Position numbers and translations under genes: made by a program. A stretch of 64,000 nucleotides of DNA from an uncultured Pseudomonadales bacterium (GTDB lineage Bacteria; Patescibacteriota; Microgenomatia; UBA1400; CAYXSR01). The stretch covers positions 61,574-125,573 of the forward strand of contig CAYSEI010000001.1 of assembly GCA_964430265.1 (NCBI GenBank), given 5' to 3'. The notes under the pieces are model-generated. The model did not search any database and was not told the DNA's origin. It saw only the letters and a program-made list of their open reading frames with translations. Positions 36,097 through 45,667 of this stretch are shown one piece after another (the stretch's first letter is position 1; every line of letters starts with the position of its first letter).

Positions 36097-37923
36097 ATGT
36101 GCGGGATAATTGGTTATACCGGCAGTAAAAAAGTTCTTCCATATCTTCTGACAGGTTTAAAAAATCTTGAATACCGCGGATATGATTCCTGTGGAATTGC
36201 TTTAATGGAGGAAAACGGGATTAAAATAGTTAAAACAAAAGGTGAAGTGGACAAGCTGGTCCAAATAACTTCTGATCTGGAAACAAAAGCAACATTAGGA
36301 ATAGGGCATACACGTTGGGCCACACACGGAAAGCCTTCCAAAAAGAATGCCCATCCGCATACTGACTGTACTGGTAAACTTGCTTTAGTCCATAACGGTA
36401 TTATTGAAAACTTTAAAGAGTTAAAGAAAAAACTGATAAAAAAGGGGCATAAATTAAAATCAGAAACAGATACCGAGGTTTTAGTGCATTTGATTGAGGA
36501 AAAGTTAAAGAAAGAAAAGGATATTTTATTAGCAACTAGAAAAGCGTTATCAGAAATAATTGGGGCATACGGAATTGTTTTAATATCAAGTGATTTTCCT
36601 GACCAGATTATAGTTGCGAGAAACTCTAGCCCCTTGCTTTTAGGATTTGGTGAAAAAGGAAATTTTGTTGCTTCTGACCAACCGGCTTTAGTTTCCTGGA
36701 CGCAGGATATGGCCACTCTAAAAAACGAGCAGGTTGCCAGGATAACCAAAAATAAGGTGGAAATACAAAGTCTGGATGGGCAGTCGGAACGCTACCAAAA
36801 AATATTTGTGGAAGATAAATTTGAACAAGTCAGCAAAAAAGGTTACAAACACTTTATGTACAAAGAAATTCAGGAACAACCTGAAGTGATTAAGGATGCT
36901 TTAAGCGGTAGGTTTGACAAGAATAAAGGGGTTAAGTTAGGGGGAATAGAGGATTATCTTGAGGTTTTATGTAAAAAAGACTTTATTACTCTTGTAGGGT
37001 GTGGCACTTCTAAATATGCCTGTATGACCGCAAAATATTTTTTTCAAGATATAGCAGAAATTCCCGTAGTTGTTGAAGATGCAACTGATTTAGTTGGATC
37101 AAATTATCCCTGGGAAAAAGGACAACCTGTAGTTTTTGTTTCCCAAAGCGGAGAGACAGCGGATATTTTGTCTGTTTTAAGAAAAGCAAAAGAAAAGGAT
37201 ATTTTACCCTTTGGATTGGTAAATGTTATAGGATCCTCAATTGCCAGAGAAACTGAGGCAGGAATATATACCAGGTCGGGTTTTGAAATTGGAGTTGCTT
37301 CAACAAAAAACTTTACAAATCAGATATTGGCATTTCTTCTTTGGGCAATTTTACTTGGTGTAAAAAAAGGAAATTTAAAAGGAAAAAGAAAAAAAGAATT
37401 ATTTGCAAAAATTGACAAAATACCCGAGTATGTACAAAAAGTATTGGATAAAGAAAAAACAATTAAAAAATTGGCAAAAAAGCTAAAAAAAAGAAATAAA
37501 ATATATATTTTAGGAAGGAAAAAAGGTTATGCACTTTGTTTAGAAGCAGCATTGAAAATTAAAGAAATATCATATTTGCCAGCTGAAGGAATAGGAGCAG
37601 GTTTTTTAAAACACGGACCTTTGGCACTGGTGGAAAAAGACACGGTCTTGCTATTTCTTCTTCCGGATGATCCTCAATTTGAAAAAAACCTTAATAGTAT
37701 TCATGAGGCTGCTGCCAGAGGCGGGGATATATATATTTTAACTAATAAAGATAAAGAGTTTGAAAAGGAATTCAATGTATACAACTTTCCCAAATGCAAT
37801 CAACATTTAAATATTTTCCCGATGACAGCTTGGGTGCAAATGCTGGCATATTGGACAGCTAGAGAATTAGATAGGCCAATAGATAAACCCCGAAATCTTG
37901 CTAAAAGTGTAACTGTAGAATAA
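36097..37923 (+). CDS. glmS: Glutamine--fructose-6-phosphate aminotransferase
   Basis: It begins MCGIIGYTGSKKV...RGYDSCGIA, a class II glutamine amidotransferase (Ntn GATase) start. It has two SIS domains and ends ...AKSVTVE. Confidence 0.9.
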   Translation: MCGIIGYTGSKKVLPYLLTGLKNLEYRGYDSCGIALMEENGIKIVKTKGEVDKLVQITSDLETKATLGIGHTRWATHGKPSKKNAHPHTDCTGKLALVHNGIIENFKELKKKLIKKGHKLKSETDTEVLVHLIEEKLKKEKDILLATRKALSEIIGAYGIVLISSDFPDQIIVARNSSPLLLGFGEKGNFVASDQPALVSWTQDMATLKNEQVARITKNKVEIQSLDGQSERYQKIFVEDKFEQVSKKGYKHFMYKEIQEQPEVIKDALSGRFDKNKGVKLGGIEDYLEVLCKKDFITLVGCGTSKYACMTAKYFFQDIAEIPVVVEDATDLVGSNYPWEKGQPVVFVSQSGETADILSVLRKAKEKDILPFGLVNVIGSSIARETEAGIYTRSGFEIGVASTKNFTNQILAFLLWAILLGVKKGNLKGKRKKELFAKIDKIPEYVQKVLDKEKTIKKLAKKLKKRNKIYILGRKKGYALCLEAALKIKEISYLPAEGIGAGFLKHGPLALVEKDTVLLFLLPDDPQFEKNLNSIHEAAARGGDIYILTNKDKEFEKEFNVYNFPKCNQHLNIFPMTAWVQMLAYWTARELDRPIDKPRNLAKSVTVE

Positions 37924-37925
37924 GT

Positions 37926-38099
37926 TTAGTCCAGTTTAGTAGTTTCTTTGTGTTCTGTATGTTTCCTGCAGTTTTTACAAAACTTCTTTATCTCCAGTTT
38001 GTCAGGAGAGTTGACTTTGTTTTTTTCCGATATATAGTTGTGACTGCTGCAAATATTACATTTAAGAGCAATCAGTTGTCTTGGTCCACTTTTTGCCAT
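37926..38099 (-). CDS. rpmG: 50S ribosomal protein L33 (C4 zinc-ribbon type); 57 aa, absent from the ORF track
   Basis: Own translation gives MAKSGPRQLIALKCNICSSHNYISEKNKVNSPDKLEIKKFCKNCRKHTEHKETTKLD. Confidence 0.85.
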   Translation of the reverse strand: MAKSGPRQLIALKCNICSSHNYISEKNKVNSPDKLEIKKFCKNCRKHTEHKETTKLD

Positions 38100-38159
38100 A
38101 ACAATAGGATTTTACCAGTTTCCCCTTTATTTTTCAAACTTTTGCTATAAAATAACCTT

Positions 38160-39803
38160 ATGAACTGTGTGAACCGTGAAACTTTTCCCATAGATGAACA
38201 AAGTCGGGATTTAGAAGATATTTCAGGGAATGAAATATCAACAAAACCAATAACGATTTGTCAAGCAAAAGACCAGGCCAGATTAACTTCAACATTATTG
38301 CACAATCTTGAGGTTGACGGTGAAAGTATTAATGAACTGTATGAAAGTGTTTATAGAAGGGACCATAATTTTTGTCATGGAAGAAGAACAGAAGGGGACT
38401 TAAAAGATATTTTGGAACACGGACCTTGTCTGCGTAACATGCAGGAGCTTAAACAATATTATTTTCCTGCATTTTTGGCTATCCGGGAACATGATGTGAT
38501 TCAGGTTATAACCGGGAAAAAAAGAAGACATGCACAAAGAGGAGCTTTTTTTACCTTGTGTGCTTTGTGTCATTACCGTGATCAAATGGTCAAAATTGAC
38601 AATGGAATTGATGATCCGCAAAAAGTAATAAGTGATGAGCAAATATATTCAACCATAACAATGATTAGGTATCATTCACATCCCCAAGAATTAGAAGGAA
38701 TGGATAGTTTTCTTAGTGTAAAGGAAATAGCAGAGGAAATACCTAGTATTAGTACGGAAGAAAGACAAGAAATACTAAAAAAACAGCAGGATGCAATACT
38801 TAAGGCATATAGGGAATCTGAAGGAGAGTGGAGTGCAAAAGAGGCAAGGGCTGTTGCAGCCAAAGTAAAAAGCGATTTTGAAAAATTGGGAGAAAACTAT
38901 TTTATCAGGGATGAAGAAGCAGAATTATATGATATTGTACCGGGGTGGAGGAAATACCATGAAATGGCTATGAAAGGAGAATTACTTGAAGGGGTTGAAG
39001 AAAGAGTGGATTTTGAAAATTTGCGTCTAATGGCAAAACTAGTTGCTGCGGCTGATAAATTGGACGGAATTGCAGGGGGAGCGTTTTCTTTTATAAGGCT
39101 TTTTAAAACTCCAATAAGTGATGAAAGACCTTTTTACACTAGAACAGAAGGTTATGAATTTGACAAAGAAAATTTGGATAAAATGCTTTTAAGCAGGGAA
39201 GATATTTTAAGGATTTTTCAAGGAAAGGGAGATTCAATTGAAAGAGAATTATGGCAGCAAGCTTTGATTGGCAGGGGAGAATCCCCAAGTGATGAATGCC
39301 GGATATATGCAGAGTTTTTAAAAGCATACGAATATTTGGGAAATCTTTCAAAAAGACAGGACATAATGATTGTCAAGAGCAAGCTGAGCTACTATTTACG
39401 GGAACGTTTTAAGGCTTGGAAAGGTTTTATTAATGCTCTTGAGCAAGGTGAGGGTATTGCTGATATTGAAGAAGCTGAAACTGAAAAAGATCTTAAAAAA
39501 GGAGTCATTGGTTATTTCAGAAAGGTAATTGAAAAAGAAGAAAAAAAGTCAGGGAAAGATAAACATAAGCCAAAAGAAAAAGAATGTTTAAAAGAAGATT
39601 TTGTTTTTGTAGTGGTGATGTTAATCAGTAAACTCAAAGAGGAAGGGGATATTTTTTCACTTCCGGAGGAAGAAAGAAAAAAGATTGCACAAAAAATGAA
39701 GCGGAAAGCAAACATAATAGGAAAATATCTTGATGAGTTTTATCCCCAATCTGTTTACGGAGCGGGTAATCCGAGTAAAAAGAGCTATTATCCGCCATAT
39801 TAA
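38160..39803 (+). CDS. Hypothetical cytoplasmic protein (547 aa, E/K-rich)
   Basis: It is a long clean ORF with no recognisable domain. Confidence 0.5.
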   Translation: MNCVNRETFPIDEQSRDLEDISGNEISTKPITICQAKDQARLTSTLLHNLEVDGESINELYESVYRRDHNFCHGRRTEGDLKDILEHGPCLRNMQELKQYYFPAFLAIREHDVIQVITGKKRRHAQRGAFFTLCALCHYRDQMVKIDNGIDDPQKVISDEQIYSTITMIRYHSHPQELEGMDSFLSVKEIAEEIPSISTEERQEILKKQQDAILKAYRESEGEWSAKEARAVAAKVKSDFEKLGENYFIRDEEAELYDIVPGWRKYHEMAMKGELLEGVEERVDFENLRLMAKLVAAADKLDGIAGGAFSFIRLFKTPISDERPFYTRTEGYEFDKENLDKMLLSREDILRIFQGKGDSIERELWQQALIGRGESPSDECRIYAEFLKAYEYLGNLSKRQDIMIVKSKLSYYLRERFKAWKGFINALEQGEGIADIEEAETEKDLKKGVIGYFRKVIEKEEKKSGKDKHKPKEKECLKEDFVFVVVMLISKLKEEGDIFSLPEEERKKIAQKMKRKANIIGKYLDEFYPQSVYGAGNPSKKSYYPPY

Positions 39804-39823
39804 AAATTATATAATAAAAGTTA

Positions 39824-40336
39824 ATGATTAAAGTAGGTGTGGGTTCAAACAATCCGGTTAAAATTAAAGCAACAGAAAATGTTTTTAAATCTTTGCTTGA
39901 TAAAAAAACAATAGTTGAGGGAGTAAAAGTTTTTTCTGGGGTCAGTGATCAGCCCATGAGTATAGAGGTTTGTTACCAAGGAGCTTTGCAAAGGGCAGAA
40001 AATGTGTTAAAAAAAGGCAAATTTGATTATGCAGTTGGACTTGAAGGCGGAGTCAATCAATTTTCATTTGGCTGGGTTACCCAGGGTGTAATTGTGATTT
40101 TAAATAAAGAGGGGAAGCGGGGAGTTGGAATGTCTGCTGCTTTGCCTTTAGATGAAAAAATAATTAAAAAACTTGAAAGTGGCAAAGAGCTGGGAGATTT
40201 AATTGAAGAGAGTAGTGGAATTGAAGATGTTAAGCAGAAGCAAGGTGCGTTTGGGTTATATACCAATGGTTATGTAACCCGTCAGCAGGGTTATGAACAC
40301 GGAGTGGCTTTTGCCTTATCCCGATTTCTGGTATAG
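39824..40336 (+). CDS. yjjX: Inosine/xanthosine triphosphatase (YjjX/DUF84, Maf-Ham1 superfamily)
   Basis: The ORF begins MIKVGVGSNNPVKIKATENVF...SGVSDQPMS...GLEGGV...GAFGLYTNGYVTRQQ...AFALSRF, which aligns along the YjjX family. Confidence 0.75.
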   Translation: MIKVGVGSNNPVKIKATENVFKSLLDKKTIVEGVKVFSGVSDQPMSIEVCYQGALQRAENVLKKGKFDYAVGLEGGVNQFSFGWVTQGVIVILNKEGKRGVGMSAALPLDEKIIKKLESGKELGDLIEESSGIEDVKQKQGAFGLYTNGYVTRQQGYEHGVAFALSRFLV

Positions 40337-40348
40337 TTATTAATAACA

Positions 40349-40684
40349 ATGACAGAAGAAAACAAAAGACTTGTTAAGGAAATTGAAGAATTAAACAACA
40401 AGCTGGATAAAATCTCCAATAAAAGCAAGTTTATGATTTATTCAGCCAATCCTTTTAAGTTTGCCTTTTTTAATTTTATTTCCGGAATGTTTCATTTTAT
40501 GGGTGTTTTTTTTGGTATGTTTTTGATTACCGGAGTAGCAGCTTACCTTTTGTCGCAGTTCCAGGTAGGCAGATTAATTGATGATTGGATGGTTGAGAGA
40601 ATGACGCGTTGGCAAACGGAAATTAATAGAAGCTTAAAAATTCCTTCAGGCTATGTGCCGGATTTAAGAAATAATGGAAACTAA
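40349..40684 (+). CDS. Hypothetical small membrane protein
   Basis: It has an N-terminal coiled segment and one transmembrane helix (GVFFGMFLITGVAAYLL). Confidence 0.4.
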   Translation: MTEENKRLVKEIEELNNKLDKISNKSKFMIYSANPFKFAFFNFISGMFHFMGVFFGMFLITGVAAYLLSQFQVGRLIDDWMVERMTRWQTEINRSLKIPSGYVPDLRNNGN

Positions 40685-41566
40685 GGTATCACGCAGTTTG
40701 TCCGCCAGCTCGCTTGCATTGTAAAACCACTTTTTATCTTTCCAAAGCAGATCACCGGTTTTTTTATTAATAAAGCTTGCGGCAGCGGCAATATTTAATG
40801 CATCATCTGATTGTGAGTAAAGCGCGGCTGTTAAGCCGGCTAAAACATCACCAGTTCCACCCTTTGTCATGCCCACGTTACCGCCGGTGGAATAAAGCCA
40901 GTTGTTTTTATTAGCAATAATATCAATCGGTCCTTTTAAAAGAATTGTTATCTCATATTTTCTAGCAAATTTCTGAACTAGTTCAGCGACTTTTTCAATC
41001 TCTTTTTTTTCAGCGGAGTGAGTAAGTAAAAGCTCTTCTGTTTTAACATTAAAAAGCTTGGACATTTCTTTTCTGTGAGGTGTAATTATTATTCTCTTAT
41101 TTTCCTTTAAAATTTCTGGTTCAATGACTTGCAGGCTTCCGGCATCCAAAACCACTTTTTTGTTGCTTTTAATTACTTTAAGAGTTACGTCTTTTGTAAA
41201 TTCCGCTTCTTTTTCTGATTCTTTTAATCCCGGGTCCGGCTCACGCATTAAACCGGTTCCGGATAAAATTGTTTCCGAATTTTTTAGATAAGAATCGATC
41301 TGTTCTCTTTTAATACCAATAAATGAATCATACTTTATCTTAAGGTAGTCAAGGTTTTCTGGAGTGGAAGCAAAATATACCATGTCATTGGTTTTAGTTG
41401 CCAAGGACAGGGAAACTTCCAATGCAGCTTTAGCAGCCAAGCGGCCGGCACCGTGAAAAAGCGGGGAGCCGCCAATAATTAAAATATTGCCGTTTTCTCC
41501 TTTATGTGAATTAGGATCCGGCTCTTTAATGGTGCTTTTAACTAACTTTTTAGTTACCTTCTGCAT
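40664..41566 (-). CDS. nnr: ADP-dependent NAD(P)H-hydrate dehydratase (YjeF C-terminal/carbohydrate kinase domain)
   Basis: It reads GENGNILIIGGSPLFHGAGRLAAKAAL...GGNVGMTKGGTGDVLAGLTAAL. Confidence 0.8.
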   Translation of the reverse strand: MQKVTKKLVKSTIKEPDPNSHKGENGNILIIGGSPLFHGAGRLAAKAALEVSLSLATKTNDMVYFASTPENLDYLKIKYDSFIGIKREQIDSYLKNSETILSGTGLMREPDPGLKESEKEAEFTKDVTLKVIKSNKKVVLDAGSLQVIEPEILKENKRIIITPHRKEMSKLFNVKTEELLLTHSAEKKEIEKVAELVQKFARKYEITILLKGPIDIIANKNNWLYSTGGNVGMTKGGTGDVLAGLTAALYSQSDDALNIAAAASFINKKTGDLLWKDKKWFYNASELADKLRDTLVSIIS

Positions 41567-41586
41567 TTTCCATTCTTAATTCTTAA

Positions 41587-42249
41587 TTATTTATTGTCCA
41601 TATATTCGGGAGCGGTTTTTTTAACATAATCTTTTCTGTCTTTTCCCTTGAGATGCGGAATAAATGGACGGAATTTATCCAGTTTTTCTTTTTCCTTGTT
41701 AAAAGTAAAAAGAAGCTTGTTTACGTAATTGTGCAGGTCTTCATAAAACGAGATATTAATAATTTTAAAGTTTTTAATGTTGCCGGCTGCTGAACGGGCA
41801 ACAAAATAGCCCAGATTTGTAAACGCCTGCAAATAGTTTTTCTGGTAAGCGCCGGTGTCAACAATCCGGTCAAGACCCAAAGAAAGCTGATATCTAGTAA
41901 ATGGGGTAGTGTAGATAAACTTTGTCAGGCGGCGAGTGGTGATTATAAAAAGGCTTTTTTTCCAGAGTATCCAATACCACCAAAATGCAAAAACTATTCC
42001 GGTTATAATAAGTGCAGTAACTGAAAACGAAAGGGAAGAAGGAATATTTAAAAACTGATTAGCAAACCTGATAAGTAAAAATTGTAAAAGAAAAAGCATA
42101 AAACCTACAAAAGCAACTGAAAACCAGCGGAGCCAAAGCATAATTCTACCTTCCCTGGTAACAAAAAGTATTTTTTCATCACTATGCTGGCCTGGGAAGG
42201 TAATGTTTTTATATGGGAATTCAAAATCATTACATTTAAAAACTCTCAT
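41587..42249 (-). CDS. Hypothetical membrane protein with a bacterial PH (YdbS/YdbT-like) domain
   Basis: It has two transmembrane helices followed by an IITTRRLTKF motif. Confidence 0.45.
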   Translation of the reverse strand: MRVFKCNDFEFPYKNITFPGQHSDEKILFVTREGRIMLWLRWFSVAFVGFMLFLLQFLLIRFANQFLNIPSSLSFSVTALIITGIVFAFWWYWILWKKSLFIITTRRLTKFIYTTPFTRYQLSLGLDRIVDTGAYQKNYLQAFTNLGYFVARSAAGNIKNFKIINISFYEDLHNYVNKLLFTFNKEKEKLDKFRPFIPHLKGKDRKDYVKKTAPEYMDNK

Positions 42250-42275
42250 ATGGGTATTATATCATGTAAAAATGA

Positions 42276-42346
42276 GCCTGGGATGGGAGTTGAACCCATG
42301 GCCTCTTTCTTACCAAGAAAGTGCTCTGCCCCTGAGCTACCCAGGC
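42276..42346 (-). tRNA. tRNA-Thr (anticodon GGT)
   Basis: Hand fold: acceptor GCCTGGG/CCCAGGC, anticodon stem CTTTC/GAAAG with loop TTGGTAA, T-arm ATGGGTTCAACTCCCAT. Confidence 0.75.
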
Positions 42347-42570
42347 AAAAACAATTAAGAAAACTGCCCCACTCTAAAAAGCATTGCTTGAGGCGTTTCC
42401 CCTGATATTCCAGGTGGGGTGACTGTCCTTCAGCACATTGTAAGTCCTTAAGGAACTCCGTCGCCCCGTAAAACTTTGTTGTGGAGGAAAAAATCCTCGC
42501 GCATTTTACTGCTTATTTGTAGGGCAGCAAATAAATTATATCAATGTGGATGAAAATTACAACTCCTAGA

Positions 42571-43221
42571 TTAAATTAAAAGCTGCATTAAAAAATTAAT
42601 TAATGGAGATAAAAAGGCACTAACTAAAGGTCCTTGATTTCCTAGGGGTAAAATTATCAAAATTAAAAGAATCATTCCGTATTGATCCAAAACATCTTCA
42701 ATTTTTAAAGCCAAATCTCTTGGGACAATACCCAAAAGTATTTTTTCTCCGTCCAAAGGAGGCAGGGGGATAAGGTTAAAAAAACCTAAAGCAAGGTTTA
42801 ACAATACAAAGGTTTGAATAAAAGTATAGAGAACAGGAAAAATTTGGGCTATAATTCCAATTGAATTAAGATTAAACAAAAATATCGCTTTTAAAAAAAG
42901 GCTTGCAATTATTGCGGTAATAAAATTGGAAAGCGGACCGGACAGAGAGACTAGAGCTTCATCCCTGCGCGGGTTGCGGAAATTAAAAGAATCAACCGGA
43001 ACAGGTTTTCCCCAGCCAAAGTTAACTAAAAATAAAGCCAAAGTTCCCAGAGGATCAAGATGCGCAAAGGGATTAAGTGTCAGTCTTCCGGCTAGACGTG
43101 GCGTTGGATCGCCTAAATAGTCTGCTGACCAGGCATGTGCATATTCATGGATCGTAATTGCTACAAGCAGGGCAATTATTGAAAACAAAAAAGATAAGGG
43201 AGAACCAATAAAATTTAACAT
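42571..43221 (-). CDS. Site-2 protease family zinc metalloprotease (peptidase M50)
   Basis: It has a HEYAHAW (HExxH) motif in a transmembrane helix and an LDG motif in LPPLDGEKIL. Confidence 0.8.
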   Translation of the reverse strand: MLNFIGSPLSFLFSIIALLVAITIHEYAHAWSADYLGDPTPRLAGRLTLNPFAHLDPLGTLALFLVNFGWGKPVPVDSFNFRNPRRDEALVSLSGPLSNFITAIIASLFLKAIFLFNLNSIGIIAQIFPVLYTFIQTFVLLNLALGFFNLIPLPPLDGEKILLGIVPRDLALKIEDVLDQYGMILLILIILPLGNQGPLVSAFLSPLINFLMQLLI

Positions 43222-43239
43222 GGGTATATGATATCAAAT

Positions 43240-44517
43240 TTAATATAAGTTTTCTAATTCACGAATAAGTTCTTCATCAGAGTAGTAATGTCTGAACTGC
43301 TTTTGCCAGTCGTCATTATTTATATTTATGTGTGGTTCGACGCCTTTTTCCTGGATTGGCTGTCCGTCCTCTCTTAGTGTCAGGCTATGGACTAAAAACA
43401 TAGAATATGTTTCTGTGTTATTAATCTGGTTTTCTAAAGGAAAGACCTTTTCAACGCTGCCCCAGCCTTTGCTTGTTTCACCCAAAACAACGCCGACATT
43501 ATATTTTTTAAGTACCGCAGTCATAACTTCTGCAGAAGATTGGGTGTTCTCATTAATCAGAACTATAACTTTTTTGTAGCGCACTAAGCTTGGCATCCAG
43601 CCCAGCTTGGTTTTAAAATCAATTTTTTCACCTTGGTGATAAAATTGGTGTGCATATTGGTCTTTGCCAATAAACGGTCCAAGAAGGTAGGGGAGAAGAT
43701 CAATTGAGCCGCCAATATTGTTACGCAGATCAAGGATTAAGGTATCCAACTGCTCACCTTGGTCAACTTCCTTGGTTATTTCTTCCAATTCTTGTAATGT
43801 GGTTGGAGAAAATTTAGAGAGGTGAATATAAAAGATACGCGGGGTTAATAGTCGATGGCCAAAAGTTGGTTCAATTCCTTTTTGGTCATATCTTTTTTTG
43901 TTTTCTTTATCTGCAAGCACTTCTTGAGCTTTTTTAACTTCTTGGTATTTTTTTTCAGCAGCTGGTGATGATTCTTTAATAGGTTCCAGCTCTTGGATTT
44001 TTTCCTGGGCTTTTTTTTCAATTTCATCAATGGAAGCGTTTCTATCTACTTCCAAGCTTTTATAATGATCTTTTTCTGTCTGGTTATTTACCCTTTTTGC
44101 AAGTGCTTGCTGGTCTTTTTTTGCATAAAGTCGGGAAACCCCTTGGGGTTGTAGGTTTGTAAGGACAATATCGGCAAGTTGAGTAGTAAACTTATTTTTT
44201 TCTTCATCATTTTCCAATTGATTTATTTCTTTTTCCAAGCTATTAAAAAGCTCTTTTTTTGTTTGTACTTTGAATTCTTTTTGGGGGTTGATTTTATTTG
44301 CAGCAGCAGAAAAAAGGTTGTTTAAATCTTTATCTTGTAGTTTATTCCAGTAGTTTGATTGAATTTTTGTGTAAACTTCCTCAAGAAAAGCAATATGTTT
44401 ATTAGAAGAGTATTGATTATGATTTTTTTTAATAATTTTTTTTGTTAAAAATAATCCGATAACAGAGGAGAGTAAAAGTGCTGTAAAAATAATTAGGCAA
44501 AGTCTTATTTTTTTCAT
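43240..44517 (-). CDS. ctpA: Carboxyl-terminal processing protease (S41) with a long N-terminal coiled-coil region
   Basis: It has a ...NENTQSSAEVMTAVLKKYNVGVVLGETSKGWGSVEK catalytic block. Confidence 0.75.
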   Translation of the reverse strand: MKKIRLCLIIFTALLLSSVIGLFLTKKIIKKNHNQYSSNKHIAFLEEVYTKIQSNYWNKLQDKDLNNLFSAAANKINPQKEFKVQTKKELFNSLEKEINQLENDEEKNKFTTQLADIVLTNLQPQGVSRLYAKKDQQALAKRVNNQTEKDHYKSLEVDRNASIDEIEKKAQEKIQELEPIKESSPAAEKKYQEVKKAQEVLADKENKKRYDQKGIEPTFGHRLLTPRIFYIHLSKFSPTTLQELEEITKEVDQGEQLDTLILDLRNNIGGSIDLLPYLLGPFIGKDQYAHQFYHQGEKIDFKTKLGWMPSLVRYKKVIVLINENTQSSAEVMTAVLKKYNVGVVLGETSKGWGSVEKVFPLENQINNTETYSMFLVHSLTLREDGQPIQEKGVEPHININNDDWQKQFRHYYSDEELIRELENLY

Positions 44518-44608
44518 GCAAAAGCTATCTTAACAATTAAATTTATAAAGCACAATGGTTGTCAAAACCTCTTATATTTGATATGATACTAAACGTTGTA
44601 AAATATTA

Positions 44609-44863
44609 TTGACTAGGAGAAAAATGACAAATATTTGTGAAAACTGCGGAAAAGGCGCAATTACCGGCAGACAGCATAAACACCGTAAAGGTGTGGCAGC
44701 AAAACGCTGGAGAAACAGGGTTGCTCATACTCAAAAAGTTTTTAGGCCTAATTTGCAGTCTGCTACAATCCAAGGTAAAAAAATGACGCTTTGTGCTAAG
44801 TGTTTAAGGACTTTAAAGAAAAAAGCTTTGAAAGTAAAACAAAACAAAAAAGCTTCAAAATAA
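44609..44863 (+). CDS. rpmB: 50S ribosomal protein L28
   Basis: It has CENCGKGAITGRQ...FRPNLQ...LCAKC. The true start may be the Met at 44624. Confidence 0.75.
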   Translation: MTRRKMTNICENCGKGAITGRQHKHRKGVAAKRWRNRVAHTQKVFRPNLQSATIQGKKMTLCAKCLRTLKKKALKVKQNKKASK

Positions 44864-45667
44864 ACTGTAAGGAACTTTAGTTTTAAACTTATTTTTTCCC
44901 ACCCACTTAATTATTTTTTCTGTTTTTGGCAGTTCTATTTTTTCTATAGGAATATTTTTGTCAAAATATAGGTGGAGGACTGGGTCAGCTTCTTGATAAG
45001 TAAACTCCAGCTCATCAGAATCGGTCTGACCCGGCCATAAACCCGCGGAAGGTTCTTTATCAATAATTGGTTGGGGAATGTCTAAATATTCTGCCAGTTT
45101 ATAGATTTGGGTTTTGTATAAATGTTTAATTGGTTCTAAATCCGAAGCTTCATCACCAAAACGGGTGTAATAACCCAATAAATGCTCTGAGCGGTTTTCC
45201 GTTCCGCAGACCAAAAGATTTTTCTTTTTAGCAGTATCATATAAAAGCATCATTCTTATTCTTGCAGCTAAGTTACCTTTACGTATATTAAAATACTTTC
45301 TTTCCTTTTTTATGTCTAAAGTTTGCAAAGCTTTTTTCAAAACAGGTGAAATAGAGATTTGTATTTTGTTTTTTGAATGTATTCCAAGTTTATCTATTAT
45401 CAAATCTGCATCAAGCATTTTTTGTTTTTCTGCCGGCATTTTTAAACAAAAGACATTTTCTTTTCCCAGAGCTTTTACTGCCAAAAAAACAGTGGTTGCA
45501 GAATCAATACCTCCGGAAACGGCTACAATGGTTTTTTCAAAACCTTGTTTGTTAATAGTATCTTGAATAAACTTGGTTATTTTTTTGATCTGCTCTTGCG
45601 GATCAATCTGCAGTGTTTTCATAAAGGTTGTTTTGCTTAATATATTTTCTAACTTTATTGGGTACAA
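44855..45667 (-). CDS. nadE: NH3-dependent NAD+ synthetase
   Basis: It has a TIVAVSGGIDSATTVFLAVKALG PP-loop. The true start is probably the internal Met at about 45622. Confidence 0.85.
   Translation of the reverse strand: MYPIKLENILSKTTFMKTLQIDPQEQIKKITKFIQDTINKQGFEKTIVAVSGGIDSATTVFLAVKALGKENVFCLKMPAEKQKMLDADLIIDKLGIHSKNKIQISISPVLKKALQTLDIKKERKYFNIRKGNLAARIRMMLLYDTAKKKNLLVCGTENRSEHLLGYYTRFGDEASDLEPIKHLYKTQIYKLAEYLDIPQPIIDKEPSAGLWPGQTDSDELEFTYQEADPVLHLYFDKNIPIEKIELPKTEKIIKWVGKNKFKTKVPYSLF

Noticed and set aside
42347-42570. SRP (4.5S) RNA or RNase P RNA in the GC-rich spacer
   Set aside because: I could not find the conserved domain IV GGAA/AGCAGCC-type motifs or the RNase P P4 motifs by eye. 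The region is kept only as an unclassified candidate structured RNA in the findings.
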